DNA of 59,828 nucleotides from a virus (IMGVR_UViG_3300037558_000788:1-59828), one strand, 5' to 3'. Positions 37,369-47,127 are shown, numbered from the stretch's first letter. The notes: generated from the letters alone by a model not told the origin. Translations and numbers: made by a program.

Positions 37369-39563
37369 TGACCTACAGATATTTGCGTAACCTACGCGAC
37401 AGTAAAGCCCAGAAAGCTAATGCCCTCAATAACCTGAAGCTAGCTAAACCAAACTTTAAGAATAAAGCAGACTACCGAGAATGGTGTAGCAATAGTAATA
37501 CTGATCATGTATTCTATTCTTGTGTCGAAGGGCGTGCGCCTTCTAAAAGAGTCAGCAACGACAACCCTGTCCACAAGATTCACGGAGTAGTAGCCGATTA
37601 CGATGCGCCCGTTGATTGGAAATCTTTTCAGAATAAACTAGCGAATGCCTGTGCCTCTATTCCGACTCCTACATGGGCCAGCCGAACCCAAAGTGGTTAC
37701 CTACGACTGGTTTGGGAATTTGAAGCTGTTATACCAATCGATCCATCTATGTATGACTCGTTTATGGGCTACATAAACAAGGCTTTGAAGATGGATAAGT
37801 TGTTCGCTGGATTTGATAAGACTTCGCTAAAACCTAATCAATATTTTGAGTTAGGTGAAGATTGGATTAAAACCGGAAACGAGACCCCAACAGGCATAGT
37901 CCACGCCTGCCTATCGAAAGCTGTATCTTCTAAGCCGCCAGAGTCTTCTGACACATCAATTCCTTTAGATGTGGTTTGTTCTGAAGTCGAATCCCGATTC
38001 CCGAATCGGTGGTTCGGTGAATTTGAAGTAGGAGCCAGAGGACCACTGTTCTGGATTGATGACGGTATTGACCGTGATGGTTGTCAGATTGTAGAAGATG
38101 GTATCGTCTGTTATTCAGACAGAGCTGGCAAAGGATTCATGAGTTGGTCAGAAATCTTTGGTAGTTCATTCGTCAAAGACTATGAGACCAAGAAGCTGGC
38201 TAACCTCCTCGACGAATACTGGTTTAATGGTAAGACCTTCTTCAAGCTTCTGTATGGTAACGCTGTTTCAATACCGAAGGAACAACTTCTTCTTGAGCTG
38301 CGTCAGGCGGGCTTCTCTGTCAGAGTAAGAAGAGGGAGAGCAATCAGTGAAGTAGAAGAAGCTCTTCTGACAGTCAGTAACAACAACCGGATTGACGAGA
38401 TCGCTCCTGTCGTGTTCTCAAAAGAACGCATTGTATCATATAACGCTAGCCGGATTCTTAACTGCTCTAACCTAGTTCCGGTTGACCCTGACTCCGACGG
38501 CGACCCGTCAAAGTGGCCGTTCCTCCATCATTGGTTGAATCAGCTATTTGTGGATAGCTCAAAGAACTCGGCCTTAGATTATTTTTACTCGTGGATGCAG
38601 CGTTTCTACACTGCGGTTTTGGATAGGGTTCCCTTACAGGGACAAGCTCTGCTGCTGGTCGGGCCGACAGGTCGCGGCAAGTCGCTATTGTCGAACAAAA
38701 TTATCAGCGGTCTCGTAGGGGGTTTCTCTGATGCGTCTGATTATCTGTCAGGTCAGACGAAGTTTAACAAAGACTTAGGTCGTGTCGCCTCATGGGTTAT
38801 TGACGATACGACCTCAGCAGCTAGCTTCCAAGACCAGAGACGTGCGACTGAACTGCTCAAGCGTGCGGTAGCCAATCCTAGAGTCGAGTATATGGCTAAG
38901 TATGCGGACGCCATGTCGATTCCTTGGACAGGGCGAGTTATCTTGTCTCTGAACATGGACGCCAACTCGTTGTCAGTGATTCCTTCTCTGGATACCAGTA
39001 ATCGAGATAAGCTCATGGCCTTGTTGATCAGCGATAAGTCTACCAATAGTTTTCCTGATAACGCGCAGCTTGAGGCTACCATCGAACAAGAGCTACCGCA
39101 CTTCGGTAGGTTCCTACTCGACTGGGAGGTTCCCCAAGGAGTAAAGGATGTTGGTCGGTTCGGAGTTAAGTCATACATCGAACCTACCATCGCAGACGCC
39201 GCGTATGATAACAGCAGCCGTAGCTCGATTGCAGAGTTGGTTGAATTCTTCGCCAAGCGTTGCCGTGAAGTTTACCCTGACTTAGATATATGGAGCGGGA
39301 CTCTTACTGAGTTTCAGGTGACCCTCCACGAGTTAAACAACGGACGTGACGTAGGTTCTTCCCGTAATTTGGAGTTCTGTCGAAGAGGGATGATAACTCT
39401 TGAAGAAGCAAGTCGGGTCAATAACAAGATCCGTCCTGTTATTTCTCAAGGACAAGGTGGGGGTAAATTGTGGAGCATTGACCTGAGTGAGATTTACGAT
39501 ATAGGTTATAAAGCGGATGACAAACGAAGATCTTCAGATCAGGAGGCAGGAACTTTGCGGTGA
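37368..39563 (+). CDS. Primase-helicase (Prim-Pol N-terminus plus SF3/D5-like ATPase)
   Basis: VADYD acidic motif and T.SG; Walker A GPTGRGKS; FN motif, Walker B VIDD, and KY. Confidence 0.85.
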   Translation: MTYRYLRNLRDSKAQKANALNNLKLAKPNFKNKADYREWCSNSNTDHVFYSCVEGRAPSKRVSNDNPVHKIHGVVADYDAPVDWKSFQNKLANACASIPTPTWASRTQSGYLRLVWEFEAVIPIDPSMYDSFMGYINKALKMDKLFAGFDKTSLKPNQYFELGEDWIKTGNETPTGIVHACLSKAVSSKPPESSDTSIPLDVVCSEVESRFPNRWFGEFEVGARGPLFWIDDGIDRDGCQIVEDGIVCYSDRAGKGFMSWSEIFGSSFVKDYETKKLANLLDEYWFNGKTFFKLLYGNAVSIPKEQLLLELRQAGFSVRVRRGRAISEVEEALLTVSNNNRIDEIAPVVFSKERIVSYNASRILNCSNLVPVDPDSDGDPSKWPFLHHWLNQLFVDSSKNSALDYFYSWMQRFYTAVLDRVPLQGQALLLVGPTGRGKSLLSNKIISGLVGGFSDASDYLSGQTKFNKDLGRVASWVIDDTTSAASFQDQRRATELLKRAVANPRVEYMAKYADAMSIPWTGRVILSLNMDANSLSVIPSLDTSNRDKLMALLISDKSTNSFPDNAQLEATIEQELPHFGRFLLDWEVPQGVKDVGRFGVKSYIEPTIADAAYDNSSRSSIAELVEFFAKRCREVYPDLDIWSGTLTEFQVTLHELNNGRDVGSSRNLEFCRRGMITLEEASRVNNKIRPVISQGQGGGKLWSIDLSEIYDIGYKADDKRRSSDQEAGTLR

Positions 39564-39744
39564 GTTTTGGATGGAACTTCGGCAGATTCTAGAACAAATT
39601 GGAGGTGACCCATCTGTTATAGATGCTTACTTAGATGCCCCTCTCAGTGAGTTTGTAGATTTCGTAGCTCCGAATGGTATAAGGCCCGTCTATAGAAAGG
39701 CGGGCCACATCCACCATAATTGCCTACCTCCGGAGGAGAAGTGA
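39517..39744 (+). CDS. Hypothetical protein
   Basis: 75 aa; last gene of the replication block. Confidence 0.6.
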   Translation: MTNEDLQIRRQELCGEFWMELRQILEQIGGDPSVIDAYLDAPLSEFVDFVAPNGIRPVYRKAGHIHHNCLPPEEK

Positions 39745-40242
39745 CTCGAACGCATCAGGCCGACGAGTTCTCTTAATCTCGATGTTGTAGCCGTCAGCTT
39801 TAAAACGAAATCCGTCTGCGTCACGCTCGCCTCTCTCGTTGAATCGTTTCTTGTGTATAATAGACTTCTTAGGGGACCAGCCACAGAGCCATACCTTCCG
39901 TAGACCTTTGTGAACGCGCATAAAGAAGTATACGTCGGCTTCAAACTTACTAAACTTAGTCCTGACAACAGAAGCATTGTAGTTTAGTTTAGGTGGGGTG
40001 TTGCAACTCTTAGCCTTAACGTCAACCTTAAGACCTTTATATTCGTAATCGTGGGTGTAGGACTTGTCCCCTACGTAGTCGAACTGCTTAAAGGTTTTCT
40101 CAAAAGCGACTTCACCTAAGAAGCCAGTCATGTTTCCTTTTCCATTAGTGAACGATGTCCTGAGATTGCCTAAAGCGTCGGACCTTCGGCACGCCTCAGC
40201 GACATCTTCTGGTGTAGGTATGTAGAGTATGAATCGACTCAA
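39724..40242 (-). CDS. Putative PD-(D/E)XK endonuclease
   Basis: G.LGE.AF, HD...KGLKVDVK, D.YFF and VWLCGW. Confidence 0.6.
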   Translation of the reverse strand: MSRFILYIPTPEDVAEACRRSDALGNLRTSFTNGKGNMTGFLGEVAFEKTFKQFDYVGDKSYTHDYEYKGLKVDVKAKSCNTPPKLNYNASVVRTKFSKFEADVYFFMRVHKGLRKVWLCGWSPKKSIIHKKRFNERGERDADGFRFKADGYNIEIKRTRRPDAFESLLLRR

Positions 40243-40253
40243 AATTTATTTGG

Positions 40254-41477
40254 TTAAGCATCAAACTCAAGTTTGATTGCTCTAGATGTCCCAGCTAACC
40301 CTAAATAAACGTTGCTACCTTTAACTAAGGCTGCCGTCGAGTATCCGGTTCCAAGGCTCATTATGCCAGAACCTTCTTTAGCTGTGGGTTTCCCATCCAT
40401 GAAGTCATGCTCGTAATCTTTCCACTGAAACTCAAGCGTGGTTGGGTTAATCCGAAAACATTTCGTATCTGCCCAGAAAGCACTATACAACCAACCATCA
40501 GGCCCAAGATAACCTTGAAAATTTTTGTTCTTATTAGCAACCGAGAGGTAATCTTCGGGTAGTTTAAACTCTTGATAGGTATCGTCTTCACAGTTGATTA
40601 CGAGAAACATTTTACCTTGGCGTGGTAAACAGAATATTTTATTCACTGCCTCAACATAAGTAGCGCCTACATACTTTACCGAGAATCCAGACACTCCCGA
40701 CGTAACGGGCGGGCCATCTAAGTATTTAAAAACTCCGTCTTTATCGATCTTAGCAACACTTGTTCCCAACGCTGGGGGCATGTATACCTCTTTTTTCTTA
40801 TCAGTAGCCGCTCCCCAAATGTGGTTAAACATTGTAAACCTATTTGGTTTAGGTGGGGTAAATGAAGATACTTGTTTTGTCTTAGTATCATAGGTAAACA
40901 TCTGTAGCGTCTTGGTGTAAGACGGCATATAGATGATTCCGTTGTTGCCTTCTGCTCCTGATCTTACTTGAGGACTCATCCTGAATTTCTTTTCTAGAGA
41001 AATCAGTCCAATTTTTCTGTTTAGTTTTGCTATTGCACTTGCGTAAGCTGGTAGAAAGTAAGTGTATCCGTCGGATGCTTCGACATTACCAATGAATCCC
41101 CTGTATCCCGAAGCCTGTCTCTCGATTCGATCAGCCGCAGTATCGGTTTTAATATGCACGTCTGACTTATAGCCCAATGAATGGATTGTGCCGTCATCGC
41201 CAAGAGCCATCGTGCGCGTCTTAGTTAAGTTTCCTTTGAACTCGCCTTCTAGATACTTAAAGCGAGGCCAAGGTGTAGAGCTAAAACTAGAACTAGAACT
41301 AGAACTAGAACTAGAGCTAGAGCTAGAGCTAGAGCTAGAGCTAGAACTAGAACTAGAACTAGAACTAGAGCTAGAGCTAGAGCTAGAGCTAGAGCTAGAG
41401 CTAGAACTTTGTTCCCTAAGATTTTTTAAAATCTCTTGGAGAAGTTTAATTATTTTTTCTAACGTCTGATAGATCAT
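40254..41477 (-). CDS. Beta-propeller protein with N-terminal helix and poly-Ser linker
   Basis: Repeated blades (ASDGYTYFLP, NNGIIYMP, GPDGWLYS); run of ~41 Ser. Confidence 0.75.
   Translation of the reverse strand: MIYQTLEKIIKLLQEILKNLREQSSSSSSSSSSSSSSSSSSSSSSSSSSSSSSSSSSSSSSSSSFSSTPWPRFKYLEGEFKGNLTKTRTMALGDDGTIHSLGYKSDVHIKTDTAADRIERQASGYRGFIGNVEASDGYTYFLPAYASAIAKLNRKIGLISLEKKFRMSPQVRSGAEGNNGIIYMPSYTKTLQMFTYDTKTKQVSSFTPPKPNRFTMFNHIWGAATDKKKEVYMPPALGTSVAKIDKDGVFKYLDGPPVTSGVSGFSVKYVGATYVEAVNKIFCLPRQGKMFLVINCEDDTYQEFKLPEDYLSVANKNKNFQGYLGPDGWLYSAFWADTKCFRINPTTLEFQWKDYEHDFMDGKPTAKEGSGIMSLGTGYSTAALVKGSNVYLGLAGTSRAIKLEFDA
41278..41408. repeat. Hexamer tandem array (CTAGAA/CTAGAG)n encoding poly-Ser
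   Basis: Read directly; alternating TCT-AGY codons on the minus strand. Confidence 0.95.
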
Positions 41478-41749
41478 TTCTTACGTGCCTTTTTAAGGGT
41501 GCTGCTTTTACTCCGGTAGCGTGCAGTTTTATCTGCGATCTTCTTAGGCTGCTTAACAAACTGTTTACCGGCCTTCATACCCTTACGTTTCTTGCGACTG
41601 GTTTGGGCATACTCTTCGTCGGTTAAAGCTTCACGCGCAGCCTTCGGCAAATACCGCTCACCTGTCTTCAGTGAAGGCTTACCAGACTTGGTTCCCCATT
41701 TCTTTCCTGTCCAGTTGTCGAGAGATCTCTGTGAAGCTTTCTTAGGCAT
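41474..41749 (-). CDS. Small basic protein (DUF5872 C-terminal-like)
   Basis: SQRSL..WT..KW.TKSGK......ERYLP..A...L...EYA.T. Confidence 0.7.
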   Translation of the reverse strand: MPKKASQRSLDNWTGKKWGTKSGKPSLKTGERYLPKAAREALTDEEYAQTSRKKRKGMKAGKQFVKQPKKIADKTARYRSKSSTLKKARKK

Positions 41750-41937
41750 TAGTAACCGGAGCGTTTGCGGATGATTTTTTTAGCCTTCTTCTTAGTAGAA
41801 GACTTAGTCGATGGTTTACTTGCTGGCTTTGCGTGTCCGTATCCTTTTTTCTTCATAGCTAAATGTTGTTCGTAAGTGTTGGCTTTATAAGCCTTTCCAG
41901 ACTTATCATACATCATGTGTGGTTTAAATTGTTTCAT
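41749..41937 (-). CDS. Small basic protein
   Basis: Start MKQFKPHMMY from TAATG coupling. Confidence 0.65.
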   Translation of the reverse strand: MKQFKPHMMYDKSGKAYKANTYEQHLAMKKKGYGHAKPASKPSTKSSTKKKAKKIIRKRSGY

Positions 41938-42116
41938 TAGTCTCTGTATCCTCCTCCGTTTTTCTTGTATCGTGCTGCTAGTAGTTGTGCTTTGCGGGCT
42001 GACCATTGTCCGGCTCTGCCGCCTTTTGTTCCTGCTTTGATCGAATTAAATAAACGCTTCCTCATTGTAGGCTTCGTGTAGTTGCCCGCCTCGTTGACTT
42101 TTGATTTATTTTTCAT
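41937..42116 (-). CDS. Small basic protein (DUF5872 N-terminal-like; 59 aa; not in the ORF track)
   Basis: MKNKSKVNEAGNYTKPTMRKRLFNSIKAGTKGGRAGQWSARKAQLLAARYKKNGGGYRD. Confidence 0.75.
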   Translation of the reverse strand: MKNKSKVNEAGNYTKPTMRKRLFNSIKAGTKGGRAGQWSARKAQLLAARYKKNGGGYRD

Positions 42117-42400
42117 TTTAAGCGTTTAAGGATTCGTTCGTAAGCCGGAAAGAAAACTTCGTCGATGCAACGGATACAGGCTTCTTCCTGAAAGCTCTCG
42201 CAAAACGAGATGCCAGAGATATGGAAAGCGGCGTGTAACATTTCATGACGTAAAGTTGGTATTATTTCGTTTTCTGGTAGTTTCTTGTGTAACTGGATTA
42301 TTCGTTTTTCGTGTAAATACTGTCCGTAGCAATCTTCTAAATCAGCCTTTTGGATCTTGATCCGCTGACCAGCGATCATGACTGATTTTAGCGATTTCAC
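42113..42400 (-). CDS. Small zincin-like metallopeptidase
   Basis: TLRHEMLHA (HExxH) and a downstream EE. Confidence 0.7.
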   Translation of the reverse strand: MKSLKSVMIAGQRIKIQKADLEDCYGQYLHEKRIIQLHKKLPENEIIPTLRHEMLHAAFHISGISFCESFQEEACIRCIDEVFFPAYERILKRLK

Positions 42401-42612
42401 TTTTTAGATCTGTTCCTTGATTTACTGAGTAACCTTAAATTTTTACGTGAGTTGTTTTTTGGATTTCCATCTTTGTGGTCAACGTCTTTACCTTTGACCC
42501 GCTTGCCTAAAATCTTCTTCATCTTTCGGCGTGCGCCATTACGGCTAGCCCGATTCTTTTTCTGTTCCGGTTTACCTTGGTAGTTGTCGTATTCTTTTCG
42601 GTAGTTTCTCAT
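42397..42612 (-). CDS. Small HNH endonuclease
   Basis: DVDHKDGNPKNNSRKNLR......NR. Confidence 0.8.
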   Translation of the reverse strand: MRNYRKEYDNYQGKPEQKKNRASRNGARRKMKKILGKRVKGKDVDHKDGNPKNNSRKNLRLLSKSRNRSKK

Positions 42613-43262
42613 GCGTTGTTAAAGTATTCGACAATCGCTTGTGCGTATACGTCGGCTAGTAGTGAGTGCTTTGCGTCAAAGAGAATCCATTCCTTCGGGG
42701 AACTGCCGAAGAAAGGCTCACATATTACGGCAGGTGGTGGGACGCTCCGCAAGAATCCAGCCCCACGACCGTCAGACTCAATTGCTTTTACGCCCCTATT
42801 TTTTTGCACCTTAAAGGTTTCAGATTGGGCTTTACTAAAACACTCGGCTAAACGTCGTCCGTTATTACTCGTATGATAGTAGAGGTATTCGTAGCCTTCT
42901 GCTTCAGAGCTTGAGTAACTGTTAAAGTGCAGCTCAATCGCTATATCACACTTCTCTTTCGCTACGCTTTGTGTGACCCAATCTATCGCGCGGCTGTATC
43001 TCTCAGACGGGTAGTCGTCAAATACAACCGATTGAATGCCTTGATGACGTAGGCGAGTCTGTAACAAGTCCGCGACTACTTTGTTGTAGCACCACTCGTT
43101 TACGCCCCCTACAGAGTTTGCGCCTTTATCTCCGATCCGGCTGTGTCCGACACAAATAGCGACCTTCTTGAGCTTCTTGACCTTTTTACGTCGTAAAGCT
43201 TTAGCCACTCTGTAAGCGGCTACTAATTCTAAAATCTTGTCGAGTATTTCGCTTGGCTTCAT
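42609..43262 (-). CDS. Endolysin, N-acetylmuramoyl-L-alanine amidase (Amidase_3)
   Basis: VGH, NE, IELHFNS, GYE and ICEPFF Zn-amidase motifs. Confidence 0.9.
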   Translation of the reverse strand: MKPSEILDKILELVAAYRVAKALRRKKVKKLKKVAICVGHSRIGDKGANSVGGVNEWCYNKVVADLLQTRLRHQGIQSVVFDDYPSERYSRAIDWVTQSVAKEKCDIAIELHFNSYSSSEAEGYEYLYYHTSNNGRRLAECFSKAQSETFKVQKNRGVKAIESDGRGAGFLRSVPPPAVICEPFFGSSPKEWILFDAKHSLLADVYAQAIVEYFNNA

Positions 43263-43495
43263 TTACCAATAATAATAGCGCGGCGGTAGCTGTAGTCACT
43301 GTGGAACTTCTGACCACTGCCGACGAAGGTGCCTTCCTTAAACCGATACTCAGCCCCGTTAATTAAGGTCACTGTTGGTGGATCGTAGAGCGCACTTCTG
43401 TTCAAAGCGGAGGCGTCGCGATAGCCTCTCGATACGCAGCTTGGCAGCAGGAGAGCCGTCAGCAGCGAGATCGTCGATTTCGTCTTCCAGTTCAT
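43259..43495 (-). CDS. Lipoprotein, candidate o-spanin
   Basis: Signal peptide with lipobox-like LLLPSC; overlaps the upstream ORF in another frame. Confidence 0.6.
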   Translation of the reverse strand: MNWKTKSTISLLTALLLPSCVSRGYRDASALNRSALYDPPTVTLINGAEYRFKEGTFVGSGQKFHSDYSYRRAIIIGK

Positions 43496-43568
43496 AAATG
43501 TTTCGCCTTCTTTTCCAGTTAAGCATAGCTACGTATGCTTTGATCAACTCCGTGATCAGTTTAATCAC
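43359..43568 (-). CDS. Candidate i-spanin-like protein
   Basis: N-terminal amphipathic helix followed by charged helices; Rz/Rz1-like overlap. Confidence 0.45.
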   Translation of the reverse strand: MIKLITELIKAYVAMLNWKRRRNIYELEDEIDDLAADGSPAAKLRIERLSRRLRFEQKCALRSTNSDLN

Positions 43569-43744
43569 TTGTCCTTAGCTTTAAAAATGTTAAGCGCCGC
43601 CCAGTCCACCAGTTTGTAGACCTTCCCAATTATGGTGTCGTCCTTCGGTGTAGGGGTAAGGGCAGCGATAGCGGACGCGGCTGCAATGACGGCGGTTACA
43701 ACCCCGAAGAGTTGCTCTTTGTTTTCTAAGATGTAACTAATCAT
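43565..43744 (-). CDS. Holin-like membrane protein (59 aa; not in the ORF track)
   Basis: MISYILENKEQLFGVVTAVIAAASAIAALTPTPKDD...ALNI. Confidence 0.7.
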   Translation of the reverse strand: MISYILENKEQLFGVVTAVIAAASAIAALTPTPKDDTIIGKVYKLVDWAALNIFKAKDK

Positions 43745-43920
43745 TTCTTGCGGTTTTTAAATTTTTCAACTGCCGTTATAGCAGAGAGGACGGCGATTAT
43801 CAAGCCGAGAAAAGTCGAGAGCAGTTGGATACCCATATCCAGATTCTCTGGTAAGGTTGACATGAAAGCGATGGCGGAACCAACGATGCCGGATATAGGG
43901 TGTGTGATGTGGTGAAACAT
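43741..43920 (-). CDS. Second small membrane protein, holin/antiholin candidate (59 aa; not in the ORF track)
   Basis: MFHHITHPISGIVGSAIAF...LLSTFLGLIIAVLSAITAV..KNRKK; two hydrophobic segments and a basic tail. Confidence 0.65.
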   Translation of the reverse strand: MFHHITHPISGIVGSAIAFMSTLPENLDMGIQLLSTFLGLIIAVLSAITAVEKFKNRKK

Positions 43921-44252
43921 TACATTTCAGTAGGTGCGGGTTTAATTGATAAGAAGGTAGGCTCAGTAAGTTCTTCAACTGTTCCGGCGTTAAGTGGGCC
44001 TTCTAACATCTGGTCGTCAGCTTCAGTGAACCGCCAGCAGTCGATGGCTATAAGTTTACCGGAGCCATCTGTAGCTTCGGCAAGGTTCTCGACAGGAGGC
44101 AACCCAGTTAACGTGTTCGGATTCGGGTAACCACGAGACTGATCCACGCCAGCTACGAGAGCGGTGTAGACATCGGGTTGGACGACATAATAACGAAACC
44201 CAGTGTCAGCGCGGGATTGCTCAATGTCTGTAAGTGGTTCTTGGTCTTCCAT
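43920..44252 (-). CDS. Acidic hypothetical protein, tail-associated
   Basis: 110 aa, TAATG-coupled. Confidence 0.7.
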   Translation of the reverse strand: MEDQEPLTDIEQSRADTGFRYYVVQPDVYTALVAGVDQSRGYPNPNTLTGLPPVENLAEATDGSGKLIAIDCWRFTEADDQMLEGPLNAGTVEELTEPTFLSIKPAPTEM

Positions 44253-44578
44253 TAGTCTATCAGTTCTAGTTCGTCGAGAAGCTCAAGGTCTTCTTCGACA
44301 GGCGGCTCCCAGCGTAGTCGTTGTAGATAAGTCTCAAGGTTGATTTCCTCAATACCCTCTAGGTCAAAGTTATCAGACTCAAGGATGCCAGACTTCTTAA
44401 CACAATAGAGTCGGTCACTAGATGTCTCAGGGTCGAGAAAAGTGTTATCCCAAAGTGCCAACCACCGTTCAGTTCCGTTGTCGTCTGGGAGTGACCTTGC
44501 GGTGTTACCAGCGGTCGTGAGTGTCTCGTAGGAAGCTTCGTTGCTGAACCTAAAGAAGCGATGAGTTTCGTCTGTCAT
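44252..44578 (-). CDS. Acidic hypothetical protein, tail-associated
   Basis: 108 aa, coupled; weakly similar to the downstream neighbour. Confidence 0.7.
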   Translation of the reverse strand: MTDETHRFFRFSNEASYETLTTAGNTARSLPDDNGTERWLALWDNTFLDPETSSDRLYCVKKSGILESDNFDLEGIEEINLETYLQRLRWEPPVEEDLELLDELELID

Positions 44579-44580
44579 AC

Positions 44581-47118
44581 TTAAAGTGTTACGTTGTTGA
44601 CTATAATGCTCCAGCCCTTGGCCTTGAGTGATGTTACTGCGGAGTTCGTCGCGGCACTGAGTGAACCAGTGGCTGTATTGTAATCAATATCAATTCCGCT
44701 GTCCCCTAGTGGATTCCCTGTGGATGTTCCATCGTCTGTCCCATGCTGATTACTTGCATCTATGCTCGTCAGGATGGCCTCGACCGAATTTGCGGTGAGC
44801 GAAGTGCAGCCGTCCCATGTGTTGTTAAAGACTCCGTTCACGATGCTTGACGGATTCCAATCAGTAAACAAAGCAGGAAAATCTTCAAGGTTTGCACAGC
44901 TTTGCCACGATGAGCTAAAATATTGACTTGCGTTTAAATTTGCTGCTCCAAACGATGTCAGGTTTTGACAGAAATACCATGCTGCAAAGAAATCGCGTCC
45001 ATTCAAAGTTGATTGAATTGCAGGAAACGAAGTCAAACCGCTTTGCCGCCATGTGTTTGCAAAGTTGATTCCTTTACTTAAATCAATGTCAGCAGGAAAA
45101 CTAGTAAGGCCACTGTCTTGCCATGCGCTCGTAAAGTTCACATTCTGTGCGCTCGTGCCGAGCTTTGCGCCCGCCGGAAATGACGTTAGGGCGGTTGTGC
45201 CTTGCCATGCGGACGAGAAGCTATTTCCGTTAGGGGCATTGATAGCATCAAAATTATTTATCGAATCAGCGTCTCTCCAAGCCCTTAAAAAATTCGTTAC
45301 ATTGGTGAAATTTAAATGCTTAAACTCAACAATGTCGTAACGGTTCCGCCAAAAGTCCTGAACAGAAGTTACTGATGGTGCGTCAGCCGCACCTCTATCA
45401 ATTAACAGTCTACGCGATTGCTCAATGTCCGCTCCTGTTGCTGAATCTGGGAGAAGAATTACCCCGTAGAGCTGTCCAATTTGTCGTGCCGAAAAACCGT
45501 AGTTACCCAAAAGGTTTAACTCAGTGACCGCATCGGAATCCACGCGATACACAAAGGTGCCTAGTGACGTTCCTACGACCTGCCAGCCAGCTTGGGTTGT
45601 CGATGGAATATCTAGGTGGTCGCTGTTGTCTGCGAAGGTAACAACATAGCCGTCAGACACTGGTTGGTCGTTAGCGGTCGATTGGGTGGCAAGCTTGTCG
45701 GTATCGCCATTATCACTGCCAACGATACGCCCGTTCCAAGCCGATGAGCCTGATGAAATCGCTCCGATTGGTGCAGACTGGGAATTGTAGAAATAGTAGC
45801 CTTGTGAGTCAATGAGACTAAAGACGTTGTTCCTATTATTAATATAATTACGAACTGAGTCAGCTTGGGCGTCGGTGATGGTCGCAGGGAAGAGCCCGAG
45901 GAATTGGAGATCAATGGCGGCTGCTCTATCAAAGCTAATACGATTACCAACAGTAAACTCATCTGACGATATTGCTAGAGTGGTGGTTGGTTCAAATTTG
46001 TTTGCGCCGTTGACTTTACTAATTAGCCCGCCGCTTTTCGCTTTTGCCTCATAAACTATGTCGCCCCTTGCGTCGTCATACATATCAACGTGCGCCCATC
46101 TATAAGCACCAGCACCGTACGAAGCAAGCCACGGTGAGCCGCCGTATTTTAAACCATAAATAAAACCAGTTGAAGCGACATCAGCCGCCCCGTTTGCATT
46201 GACACTGAAAACTCTACTGTCATTGCCACCACCAGTCCCAAGGACACTGAACGCTGCGAACATATAGCCGCCGTTGATGTTGTTTGCAAAGAGACCACGA
46301 AGACCATCGTTAACACCATCGAACCGCAAGACACTCTTCTTGATAACCGTGGCTGGGTCGTTGCCGGACTGGTTGATTGTTACCGGACCACCGACACTTG
46401 CTTGAAACTTGGTGTCACCGTGCCTAATGCTCGTTGACCCGTTGAAATCACAATCGAAGACGACCGCTGAGTTGACCGTGAGCTTGGCCTTTTGAATCGC
46501 GTAGTTGCCTTCGTGGGTAATAGTGGCCTGTTGGTTTAACTGAAGGTTGTGGGTTATTGACCCTGATTGGCTGTTTGGAGTCGCCGTGTATTCCCTAACG
46601 CCGTTAATATCAGCATAGATTTCAGTGCCATTGTATCCATACTTAACATTGAAAGATGTCCCTAAATTAACTGAATTAGAAACATAAAGTGATGTCGGGT
46701 TCCCCTTACTAAACACGCGGAATTGACTGTCTGCTCTAAAGATTAACCCAAAGCCCGAGGCCCAAACCCCACCACCCATAGGCAAAACATAAGCACCCCA
46801 TTGAGTAATCACCATGTCTAGCTCACCTTCCCAAGTCTCGTTGGAGCCAATGGTAACACTCGGACCTTCAGCGTAGTTTCCAACAACGTCAGGGATGTAA
46901 AGATAACCACCAAGGTTACCCGCTGGATTCTTGATGAGCGGCAACGCTTTAGGCTGGTTTAGGGCGGTTGTCTGCTTGGCGTCACCGCCTTTGTTTCCTC
47001 GGTTGGCGAGGTTAGCCAGAATCGGCACGGAGTCCAAGAAATCAGCGGTCGTCAGGGCTTCTGCTAGAACGTCACCAGATGTCGCGCTGGAAGTCAGTGT
47101 GGATAGATTGAGTGCCAT
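44581..47118 (-). CDS. Multidomain virion/receptor-binding protein with lectin-like domains and BspA/DUF285-like repeats
   Basis: LRFDGVND LamG-type motif; repeated F..AW....LTSFP units in the C-terminal third. Confidence 0.65.
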   Translation of the reverse strand: MALNLSTLTSSATSGDVLAEALTTADFLDSVPILANLANRGNKGGDAKQTTALNQPKALPLIKNPAGNLGGYLYIPDVVGNYAEGPSVTIGSNETWEGELDMVITQWGAYVLPMGGGVWASGFGLIFRADSQFRVFSKGNPTSLYVSNSVNLGTSFNVKYGYNGTEIYADINGVREYTATPNSQSGSITHNLQLNQQATITHEGNYAIQKAKLTVNSAVVFDCDFNGSTSIRHGDTKFQASVGGPVTINQSGNDPATVIKKSVLRFDGVNDGLRGLFANNINGGYMFAAFSVLGTGGGNDSRVFSVNANGAADVASTGFIYGLKYGGSPWLASYGAGAYRWAHVDMYDDARGDIVYEAKAKSGGLISKVNGANKFEPTTTLAISSDEFTVGNRISFDRAAAIDLQFLGLFPATITDAQADSVRNYINNRNNVFSLIDSQGYYFYNSQSAPIGAISSGSSAWNGRIVGSDNGDTDKLATQSTANDQPVSDGYVVTFADNSDHLDIPSTTQAGWQVVGTSLGTFVYRVDSDAVTELNLLGNYGFSARQIGQLYGVILLPDSATGADIEQSRRLLIDRGAADAPSVTSVQDFWRNRYDIVEFKHLNFTNVTNFLRAWRDADSINNFDAINAPNGNSFSSAWQGTTALTSFPAGAKLGTSAQNVNFTSAWQDSGLTSFPADIDLSKGINFANTWRQSGLTSFPAIQSTLNGRDFFAAWYFCQNLTSFGAANLNASQYFSSSWQSCANLEDFPALFTDWNPSSIVNGVFNNTWDGCTSLTANSVEAILTSIDASNQHGTDDGTSTGNPLGDSGIDIDYNTATGSLSAATNSAVTSLKAKGWSIIVNNVTL

Positions 47119-47127
47119 TGTAAGTTT

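Noticed and set aside
41188-41469. Poly-(LE) ORF, and the poly-(LA) and poly-(QS) ORFs near 56745-57152
   Set aside because: Alternative readings of hexamer arrays inside real genes.
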